A stretch of DNA of 64,000 bases from the human T2T-CHM13v2.0 reference genome, Homo sapiens. A program made the translations under genes and the position numbers. The notes under the pieces were generated by a model. It did not search any database. It was not told the origin of the DNA and worked only from the letters and a program-made list of their open reading frames with translations. Below are positions 54,204 to 64,000 of the stretch, one piece after another. The first letter of the stretch is position 1; the number at the start of each line of letters is the position of its first letter. The stretch lies in the NCBI RefSeq assembly GCF_009914755.1, contig NC_060935.1. One strand, given 5' to 3'.

Positions 54204-56289
54204 ACGTAGGTTTGGTCCTTTTGCATAGACCCATATTTCTTGGAGGATTTCTTCACTCCTTTTTATTCTTTTCCTCTAATCTTGTGTTTGTGCTTTATTT
54301 CATTAAGTTGATCTTCGGTCTCTGATATCCTTTCTTCCACTTGATCGATTGGGCTATTGCTAACTTGTGTATGCTTCACTAAGTTCTCATGCTGTGTTTT
54401 TCAGCTCCATCATGTCATTCTTCTCTAAACTGGTTATTCTAGTTAGCAATTCCTGTAACCTTTTTTCAAGGTTCTTAGCTTCCTTGAATAGGGTTAGAAT
54501 ATGCTCCTTTAGCTCAGAGGAGTTTGTTATTACTCACCTATGAAGCCTACTTCTGTCAATTCGTCAAACTCATTCTCCATCCAGTTTTGTTCCCTTGCTG
54601 GCAAGGAGTTGTGATCCCTTGGAGGAGAAGAGGTGTTCGGTTTTTGGAATTTGCAGACTTTTTGCACTGGTTTTTCCTCATCTTCTTGGATTTATCTACC
54701 TTTGGTCTTTGATGTTGGTGACCTTTCGATAGGGTTTTTGCATGGTCATCCTTTTTGTTGATGTTGATGCTATTGCTTTCTATTTGTCAGTTTTCTTTCT
54801 AACAGTCAGGCTCCTCTTCCACAGGTCTGCTGGATTTTGCTGGAGGTCCACTCCAGACCCTGTGTGCCTGGGTATCACCAACAGAGGCTGTAGAACGGCA
54901 AAGATTGCTGCCTGCTCCTTCCTCTGGAGGCTTCGTCCCAGAGGGGCCCCTGCCAGATGCCAGCTGGACCTCTCCTGTATGAGGTGTCTGTCAACCCCTG
55001 CTGGGAGATATCTCCCCGTCAGGAGGCACGGGGGTCGGGGACTCACTTGAGGAGGCAATCTGTCCCTTAGCAGGGCTCTAGCGCTGTGCTGGGAGATGTG
55101 CTGCTCTCATGAGAGCCAGCAGTCAGGAGCGTTTAAGTCTGCTGAAGCTGCACCCAGAGCCACCCCTTCCGCCAGGTGCTCTGTCCCAGGGAGATGGGAG
55201 TTTTATCTAAAGCCCCTGACTGGGGCTGCTGCCTTTCAGAGATGACCTGCCCAGTGAGGAGAAATCTAGAGAGGCAGTCTGGCTCTATATTCTACTCTTA
55301 ATAGATATTTTACCTATGCCTAATTTCATAACATCAGGCACTGGACACTAAAAAATACTAGTGTGCTGAGTTGTTCAGCTCTTCCAAAAGCTGACACATT
55401 CCATTACACAATATCAAAAAAATCACATTTATTAATATAATTACTGATTACATCAGAAAAGTCTGAGTATCGGAAAGCTGTCAAGTTCACCGTCGTAGAC
55501 ACATGTTTTTTTTATTCTGATTTTTGCTCAGAAGTTCAACTTTTATCATTGGCAAACAGTACTCTCAGCTGTTTTCCTTTAAGTGACAGGCTCACTTTGC
55601 TCATTTTTGAGAAAATGCCTGCCAAATGCCCAAGTCTGAATAACCACAGTTTGTCTGGAATTTGTTATTTTAAGCAAAGATTGTGTTACAAGGAAGAAAG
55701 TGGCTAGTTCAGCGCACAGCTCAGTGGCACGAGTGCTGTCCCTCGAAACAGCCATCGTACTTCAGTTAGCAGCGTATGTGCTTTATCGTTTTGCCACACA
55801 CAATATGAAAAGGGTCTGTATTTAAGGAATGAGATTTAATAAAATTAATCATTTTTCCTGTTTCATCAAAGAGCATGCTTAAGTGAGCGGGCTTCTCTTG
55901 CCCTCACTGTGAGTGTGTGGTGATGAAGAAGAACCCCACGGCTGCTGATAAATTTGGGTGCCCCTGGCTTGATTTGTGCTATGGGGCCAGCAGTTTTACC
56001 CACAATTACTTTATTTCATCAGTGCAAATGTCAACAGAGGTTAAAAATGAAATAGCTTTCTTAGTATGATTATTAAAATAATTTTGACCGCAAAGTCTCC
56101 TGAAAGTGTGTCCAAGACTCCCAGGGTTTTCTGCAAACACACGACTGTTCCAGTCGATTGCAAAAGTGGCCTGTCACAATAGCACCAGCACTCCTCTTCT
56201 TCACTATCCTGCTTTTGAGAATCCATCTGGCCTTGGGGAGGGCACTTTATCTATTGAGCTTCAGTTTCCTTGTTTGCAAAACAATAGCA

Positions 56290-56700
56290 TTCATTGACTT
56301 ATTTATTCATGCATTCAACAAATATTTACTGTCTCGTGTTATATGCACTGCTAGTGCATAAGGCCTTGAGAATAAAGCCATGAAAAGACAAAGTTCTTGC
56401 ACTCACTTTATGACCTAGAGGAGACCAAAACGTGTGTGTGTGTCTCTGTGTGTGTGTGTATATTTATTTAGATAAAAACAATATGTAAATATTTAACAAA
56501 TAAATAAATGAATGAAACCACTACACTGTTGTATGCACTAGAGATTTCATTTGGTAAATTAAATGAACCAAAGGGCTCTGATAAGATTTAGGGGAGTGGG
56601 TGGCACAGTGGACACAGGATGGCCAAGGAAGCTTCTGTTCTGAGAAAGTGACATTCAAGCTAAGACCTAAGGGGTTGAAGCTACCAGGCAGGTATCTTTC
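56290..56700 (-). mobile_element. LINE-2 3' fragment
   Basis: ATTCATGCATTCAACAAATATTTACTG..GAGAAAGTGACATTCAAGCTAAGACCT. Confidence 0.7.
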
Positions 56701-56809
56701 CAACTCAGATTTCTTCTGATTTTGACAGTGCCCAGTGGGGCACCTGAGAAATGTCTTCGGGTTCTAAAAGGGGTGGTGAATAAGTGTTGGAAAGGGATAA
56801 ATAATACCA

Positions 56810-57030
56810 GTATTAATTAACATATTAAGCACGTATTGTCTTCTGGGCAATGTTTTAAAGAACTTTTTATGAAATAATTTAATCTTTATAATAACTTACT
56901 GAAGTAAGGTTCTATTACTCCCATTTTGTGGAAGATAAAATTGAGACCCAGAGGTCCCACAGCTAGGAAACAGCAGAGACACGATTCAGACTCAGGAAGT
57001 CTGATGCAAGAGGTATTCGCCATTTCCTGA
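56810..57030 (-). mobile_element. MIR
   Basis: ATTACTCCCATTTTGTGGAAGATAAAATTGAGACCCAGAG..CACAGCTAG. Confidence 0.7.
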
Positions 57031-58479
57031 AGTAGATAGGAAGTATTTTACTATTTCTAAAGCACATAGAAATCCCAAGATATGGGTACGTATTATCATT
57101 ATTATTATTGATATAAATATATTTTTAAAATACATAAAACTCAGTAATACAAATTGAGTTATTTTTAAAAATTATTTCACAAATTATAGAACATGTTATC
57201 TACAGAGCTGGATAAAATTGTAAGGGTAACAATGGGAATAAAGTTGGAGCTGTATTGAAGGGCTAAGGCAAAGAAAAGTATGAACTGCCTGTGTTTGGCC
57301 TTGTTTTAAGCATGAAAGGGAAAGGTTAGTGATCTGAGTGTGTAAGGTGTTGGCTCTCTAAACTGCTCCGCTTGAAGGGCTATTCTAAGAGCAAAGTGTG
57401 GAGGGCTCTATGATTGTGCGTAACTGGGGCACACCTCGGGACGGCTCTTTGGATCCATTTGTTCCAGCTGCCTCTGAGCTCTGGAAGATGCTTCCGCTTG
57501 CCCTTCCCTGAAATCCTTCCCTGCATTATTAAAGAGGCTTCCCTGTTCCCTGCTCATTCACGCGCACTAATCTTGGCCCAAGGAGAGGTTGGGAGCGAGG
57601 TCTGGCTGTATTTTCTCTGAGAGGCAGCACGGAGAGAGCTGCTTTTGAAATTCTCTACTTGACAGATTTGCAGCTGAGCACCAGGCATGGTCTGTGAAGG
57701 CCAAGTTTTTATTAGCAGCGGCTTTTCTTCTTGCTCTTAGGCTAAGGTGATCCTGGAACACAGGCATGCTTGGTCTTGAGTTTCTCTTGGGAGAAACAAT
57801 GGGTTTTGTTCCTTCTCTGTTTCTTAAGCAGCATGCTCTAAATTGGGTCCATTTTCTCAGGATGAAATTTTTTAAAACCAGAAGGCAAGGGTTTGGAGAA
57901 CCTAAAGAAAACCATTAGCTGAACAAGAGGGCACAGTGAATAAATAATTTTCAGAATTTCAGAGGCAGTAGATGATAACGTAGACACATGGAGTTGGAGA
58001 TGAAGGTTAATGTAGAGTCAACACGGTTGGGGGGTTCTGAACTGAAGACCTGGCGCATTTTGACAAGCTACCTTACGTTTCCTGCCAACAGACCCAATAA
58101 GCATTCTGATTTGTCATAGGTTTATGTCGTATGTTTTTTAGCAAGTGCATTTTTATCAGTGTGGACAAAACGTGAATCTGGATATTTTAATGCTGCTCTC
58201 CTTGGAGCAGCATCTGAGCCATCAGCAAAGAGAATGAGAGTCAGTCATTCACTCAACCAGTGGTAACAGAGCTGGGCACAGACAGTGTGCAGCAAATCAG
58301 ACGGAGCCTGCCCTTGCCCCAAGGAGCTGCCTACACCTATGTAGATGCTGTGCATGGCATTTCCTCCTGCTGACATGCACATTTAGTGAAGTTACTACTG
58401 TTAAGATAAATATGAACACTTCATCCTTACAAAAGAGCTAAATAAATGCCTTATTATTACTATTGCAACTGATAGTGGG

Positions 58480-58845
58480 TGATATGGTTTGGCTACGTCC
58501 CCACCCAAATCTCATCTTGAATTGTAGCTCCCATAATTCTCACATGTTGTGGGAGGTAATTGAATCATTGGGGCGGTTTTCCCTCTGCTGTTCTTCTGAT
58601 AGTGAATAAGTCTCCTGAGATCTGATTGTTTTGTAAGGGGAAACCCCTTTCACTTGGTTCTCATTCTGTCTGTTACCTGCCACCATGTAAGATGTGCATC
58701 TTGCCTTCTGCCATGGTTGTGAGGCCTCCCCAGCCATGTGGAACTCTGAGTCCATTAAACCTCTTTCCTTTATGTGCAGGGGGCCTTTATACATTACCCA
58801 GTCTTGGGTATGTCTTCATTAGCAGCGTGAGAACAAACAAATACA
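58480..58845 (+). mobile_element. THE1 (MaLR) solo LTR
   Basis: TGATATGGTTTGGCT..AAATACA; perfect 5-bp TSD GTGGG at 58475-58479 and 58846-58850. Confidence 0.95.
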
Positions 58846-60057
58846 GTGGGTAATGGTAGTAAATAACTAAGCATATGTATACCAAGGGTTATTTATGCTG
58901 AAGGAAAATGAGTGCAGGTTTTTCATAAGAATGTGGTAAATACAAATTTTAGGTATAAACTCTTTCTTCTTCCCCCGACCCCAGAAGATCCAGTTTTCAT
59001 GTGCCTATGACCCTTCTTGCCAAGATTTAGGCGTTAGCTTTCTGTAAGCACTGTCCTTGGGGGAGTTTAGATAAATACTGAAAAGTATAAATTTCTGTGT
59101 TATTAAATATATAATTTAATGTGCAGCAGAAACAATGGTCTTGAAAGTTTTTGATTTGCAAGTGCTGGGCTTCAGAGAGAAGAAAAGGCTCAGGGCATAA
59201 AATATGTGCCACACCAGCAGCTGGGTGGAAAATGCATGAGAGAGAAAAATTTAGGTTCCACACAACCAGAAGAGGTGACCCTTTCCAGTTGCAATGGTTT
59301 CCAGAGAGGTGTGGAAGTGAATATGAAGACAATGTCAAAGCTACGACATCAGGAAATAGGACCCCTCCCCTCCATCCCATCCTAGGATCAAGGGTGGGTG
59401 GAATATCCAAGAAGATAAGCTTAATATGAGGACGACAGAGAGGCTTCTACCTTCCTTCCCAGCTGCAGGTGTACTTGGGCAGGGGCTGCCTTAGCTGCAG
59501 GTTAGTCTGCATTGAGAGAGGTGCTAGACAGATGGGCCCAGGGGCAGCTTCACAGCATACAGGCAGCATGGTCCAGTGCCAAAAGAGCAACTGGGAGGTC
59601 CTGAGCCTGCAGCAAGGCACTAAGGGATGAGAGAGTAGGTAGAACTGGAGTAGCCTGTGCCTAAAACAGAGAGGATGCACAGTGTTTGCTCCTGGATCTC
59701 ACAGAACATTCTGGAATGGTGGATATCAACAAAAGACACTAGGGGAAAATGACAAGGACCAGAGGAGGCAAGTACATCCCAAAGGTAACTGACAAATGTG
59801 GAGGGCAGGAAGGAGCCAGGTAGCAACCCCTGCAATAGTCCTGGATGGTAATATGCCTCCCCTCTTCCCCATCCTGTTTTGTTCTGACCACCGTCAGGAT
59901 TGGGGGGTTGCATCCGAATGTGTGCTAGATGACAGCTCTAAGGTGATGTGTTAACAACAAGAGCTATAATCACTTAATTTATAGGGAAACTGTAGGGGGA
60001 AATTGGAAAACTGGACAATGGACAGAACTTTTAAATAATTAACGTGAAGACAGACTA

Positions 60058-60099
60058 TACATACACACACGCGCACACACACACATACCACTCACACAT
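60058..60099. repeat. Degenerate (CA)n
   Basis: Directly visible. Confidence 0.85.
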
Positions 60100-60519
60100 A
60101 TTCAGTCACTGAGGCAATTTCTGCTTATAGTGGAGAAACCAATGACATCAGTGACCAGGCTAAACCTATGCATTTTGTGGGTGAATTTAAATTTCAAGTG
60201 AGTGCAGAGTGTTTTGGATTATCTCCGCCAAGTTGCTGCCTAGCATGGCATGCCATTCATGTGCCTAGATCAATATAAATATGGATACCCCTATATGAAC
60301 TAGGCAGGGAAAGTGGGACAATTTGACAGCCCCTTGCTGAGACACAGCGGCTTCCATCCCTGGGAAGGGCCTGAATAGCCCAGTGCAGCCCTGATGGACT
60401 ATAAGCAAGAAAACAGCAGCCCGGAAAATGCAGATGCTTTGGAGATGCTGGCTTGACAGACTGAAGCCTGTTTGTCAAACAGGCTGTCACCTATCAGAGT
60501 TTTAAATAGGAGCTTTCTA

Positions 60520-60960
60520 TGGGATGTTACGTAACTTGCTGGCTCACAACAGCCCCAGTGGAATGGAACGGGGGGCAGGGGGGGTGGGGGGCAGCGCCAA
60601 TGAGAAGCAGCTGCGGGATAGAGGACAAGGCCCTGCTATTCTTTTCCTTAATGGATTCCCTGCCTCCTGCATTGCCATACTTGAACACACAACATGGGAA
60701 TGGAGGTGCCTGCTCTTTAAGGGCTGTGTCAGTCAAGCAAGGGACATTACATGTGGCAAAGTTGGAAAGAGAGCAGGGTAGAAAGATATAGGTTCTCTGT
60801 GGTGGCTGGTCCCTTGGGCTAGTGCCCTGGGCGATGCGGGGTGCTCACCCCAGCGCTGCCCCTGGTCTACCAGGCCGGCATCGCCCTCCTACATACCATG
60901 TCCCAACTGAAGGCTGATGGTTGAACTCGGTTCTCCCCCTTTGGGAAGGGACGTAGGTTC
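60520..60960. promoter_or_regulatory. Candidate promoter/enhancer
   Basis: GTTACGTAAC palindrome, G-tract, GCCAATGAG, E-box CAGCTG and retained CpGs in non-repeat DNA; motif-based only. Confidence 0.45.
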
Positions 60961-61094
60961 AGTTCCACAGAGGGTGTGAGATGAGATGTTCATATGTTTG
61001 AAATCATGTAATGGTGTGTGTGTGTTTTTTTTTTAATGTTCTCTGGACATAATATTGCTGCTTTGGTTTGTCTTCTCTTCCAAGGAGGACCTAG

Positions 61095-61394
<300 letters not shown>

Positions 61395-62013
61395 TAGGAC
61401 CTAGTTCTTTACTGCCCCTTCAGTCAAGTTGAATCCAGTGAGAGAATCATCAGTCACAACTTACCCTATGTCAAGGTGTAGTCCTGAGAATCTATTAGTA
61501 AAGTAAGTTTGGAGATGAGTTTTATTTTAGAGGCCCTAGGGGAGTTGGCTATTTTAAAGACTCCTGATGTAAGAGCGAATAATTCTATTGTGATGGGATG
61601 AATCACTCTCTACTTTCTGATTTATCTGTTTTATAAGTTTGGAATTTTGCATATTAAGTTGTTCTTCCCTTATGTGTATTAGCCACATACTGCTGAGTCA
61701 TCAAAGGGCCTGAAGCAGAAAGGAAGACTTTGGATGTAAGTTTTCACATAATCAAATTTTATGTAACCAAAAAGAAGAGCCCTGTTAATAGGTAAAGGGG
61801 CTGTACTAAAGTGACTGGAATTTTCATACATTTGTAGCAGTCACCCTGTGTTATATTGGGGTGACAGCATTCTCTGACATGGAAAGTTGAAGATGGTATA
61901 CATAAGCTGTTGTTGAAAATTCATACGGATTGGTTATTGAGGCTGTCATAATTGAGTTGCAGTGTGGTGGCAGCTATGCCAGTGGAATAGCAGCAGTGCC
62001 TGGCAACACCCAG

Positions 62014-62495
62014 TTGTAGTGTACTATTTACAAAAACACAGTGATAACTTTCCTTGGTTAATCCCCTCCCACACTGACTCTGGGTCTGCCCATGCAATTT
62101 CTGATGGCTGATAAGACAATAGCAAATCGGGCATACCCAACAGCCTGAACATTTCTCATGTTTTGTGGTTTGCCCTTTTTGGCTGCTCTGGTGGATCCTG
62201 GGAACACCACCATGAGAAGGAGCTCAGGCTAACCTGTGGATAATGTGAGACATAGGAACAAGTCACCTTTATTGCCCCAGCAGACTTCCCCAACCACCAA
62301 ATGAGGGAAGGCATCCTAGAACACATGGCCTCGTTTGAGCCACCAGCCGGTCACAGTGATCAACCAAGCCATTCCAGACAAACTGCCCAAAACTGTCCAG
62401 GCACCCTACCAGCATTCATGAAAAATAAGAAATGTTTGTTGTTCAAAGCCACAGGTTGGGGGCAATTTGTTAGGCAGCAAAAGCTAACTGATACA
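62014..62495 (+). mobile_element. MLT1G/H-like LTR
   Basis: Ends TGTTCAAAGCCAC..TTTGTTAGGCAGCAAAAGCTAACTGATACA. Confidence 0.75.
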
Positions 62496-63625
62496 CAAGT
62501 TAAGATCAGTAAGTTGTAGTATTTTGTTGGGGAGAGGAGAATTGTTAGGATGACTTGAAGTTGATCCTGCTTGGATACCAAAGCCATGTAACCCAGCAAT
62601 AACTTCATTATATAATAGGGAATTTAAATACTAAAGAATTAATTTAGAAAAACTTACAGGGATTATGGTTAAATTAGACAGAGTTTTATTAAATAGTTAA
62701 CCTAGTCACGTATATAAATGATTGAAATATTTATAATACAGGTGTGATGCTATCTCACAAAGGGATTAGCAGATTCCTGCAGCTATGGACAACTACAGGC
62801 AAAGTCTCAGAGTTGGTCCTATCTTGTACAGGTTTCTCCTGGGGCTTCATATTTGTCCCTGCAGCCTGGTCATCATCTTAGTGATAATAATGTCTCTAGA
62901 GAATGTTGGCTACCAGTGCTCTGTAATATCCCTCTTAACTAATTAAAGTCAAATTTATGTTGTTTCAGCCATTTTCTTTTAAAAGCTGCCGCTGCTACTG
63001 TTATGCTGTTATTATTAGTAGTGTTTATTATGTCTTTCAGCTATTCCTCTATTTTTGCCTTTGTATATCCACACATTGCAGGGCACTGTGGGTGTGAGAC
63101 ATTTGCTTCTGTCTTGTTAGGAAAAGCAACTTTACTTTAATCTGCTGTGCTGTGTACTTGAGGCATAGCATTGATCCATGCTGGTGACAGCTTTCCCTGA
63201 CCTCCACTGACAGTGAGCTGTATGACCTTTCTGTGGGCTGTTTGCACCCACTTCTCAATCCTGCAATCTCCCTTTAGTCATCTGCCTCCTAAACTTAGGT
63301 TTTGAACTTCCTGGAATGTTAAGGGACTCTGCTCTGGCTATGCAGTTGTCCACCTCCCTAACCACATGTTCTGCTTGTGCTGACCAAATTAAGCACACTG
63401 ACTACACCCACCCCTGGCTAACTTGACCCCGTCAAGAACAGCAGAGGCCCCCGACGGCTACCCTTCTGCCCTTTCTTCTCATCTTCAGATTCAAGGATTC
63501 CTCTCATTATTATGACCCTCTGGTCAATTAATTTTGCATTCTCCTCATAGCCTACTGGGGTGGCTATGTCTCTTGCCCTGTTCATTTTGAATGAGCAGGC
63601 CCATAATAGTCCCAATAATCCTGTT

Positions 63626-63778
63626 GTGATGGCTAACTTTGTCCGTCAACTTGACCAGTGTGCCCAGACATCTGGTCACACATTCTAGTTGTGCCTGTGA
63701 GGGTGTTTTGTGTGGGATTAACACTTAAATTGGTGGATGGAGTGAAGCAAATGGCCCTCCCTATTGTGGGTGGGTGCC
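63626..63778 (+). mobile_element. MLT2 (ERVL) LTR 5' part
   Basis: TGTGATGGCTAACTTTGTCCGTCAACTTGAC..TGCCCAGACATCTGGTCA..GGCCCTCCCTATTGTGGGTGGG. Confidence 0.8.
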
Positions 63779-64000
63779 TTGTCAATTTTTGTGTTGCTAT
63801 GAAAGAATACCTGAGGCTGGATCATTTATAAAGAAAAGGGTCTGACTTGGTCCATGGGTCTGTAGGCTGTACAGGAAGCATGGCGCCAGCATCTGCTTCT
63901 GGTGAGGGCCTCTGGAAGCTTCCACTCATGGTGGAAGTTGAATAGAAGCTGACATGGAGAGATTATATGGCAGTAAGTGAGAGAAAGGGGTGGAAGGTGT
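63779..64000 (-). mobile_element. MST (MaLR) LTR inserted in the MLT2, running off the window
   Basis: TGTGTTGCTATGAAAGAATACCTGAGGCTGG..TTTATAAAGAAAAG..GTACAGGAAGCATGGCGCCAGCATCTGCTTCTGGTGAGG. Confidence 0.85.

Larger units (their letters stand above)
49579..55284 (-). mobile_element. Near-full-length L1PA7/8-like element lacking the 5' part of the 5' UTR; ORFs disrupted
   Basis: 3' end TTTAAGTTCTGGGATACATGTGCAGAACGTGCAGG; ORF1, endonuclease and RT fragments; 5' UTR ends at ..CTAGAGAGGCAGTCTGGCT. Confidence 0.95.

Noticed and set aside
49579-55284. Retrotransposition-competent L1
   Set aside because: 5' promoter end missing; ORF1 and ORF2 broken into short fragments.
57621-57640. REST/NRSE-like GAGGCAGCACGGAGAGAGC
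   Set aside because: Left half deviates from CAGCACC at key positions.

Overview
Primate (most likely human/hominoid) non-coding genomic DNA, intronic or intergenic; I could not identify the locus. I found no credible protein-coding exon, tRNA or rRNA. The only ORFs with recognisable protein similarity are decayed retroelement fragments. The window is dominated by transposons. A complete two-LTR HERV-H (LTR7) provirus lies on the minus strand (36408-42161, TSD AAGCA, tRNA-His PBS, intact major splice donor). An 11-kb nest (44973-56147) is a Charlie1-type hAT element split by a 5'-inverted L1PB and a near-full-length L1PA7/8-like element; the L1PB itself carries an Alu and a ~1.85-kb palindromic AT-rich minisatellite. 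There are also seven Alus, two THE1 solo LTRs and many old MIR/L2/MLT/MER/L1M fragments. The most unusual signal is a ~56-bp island inside the AT minisatellite built from inverted copies of nearby host-L1 sequence, consistent with templated-insertion repair. Several non-repeat segments carry motif clusters suggesting regulatory elements. I do not see evidence for a wholly new biological system. Subfamily names come from recalled consensus sequences, and old-repeat boundaries are approximate.
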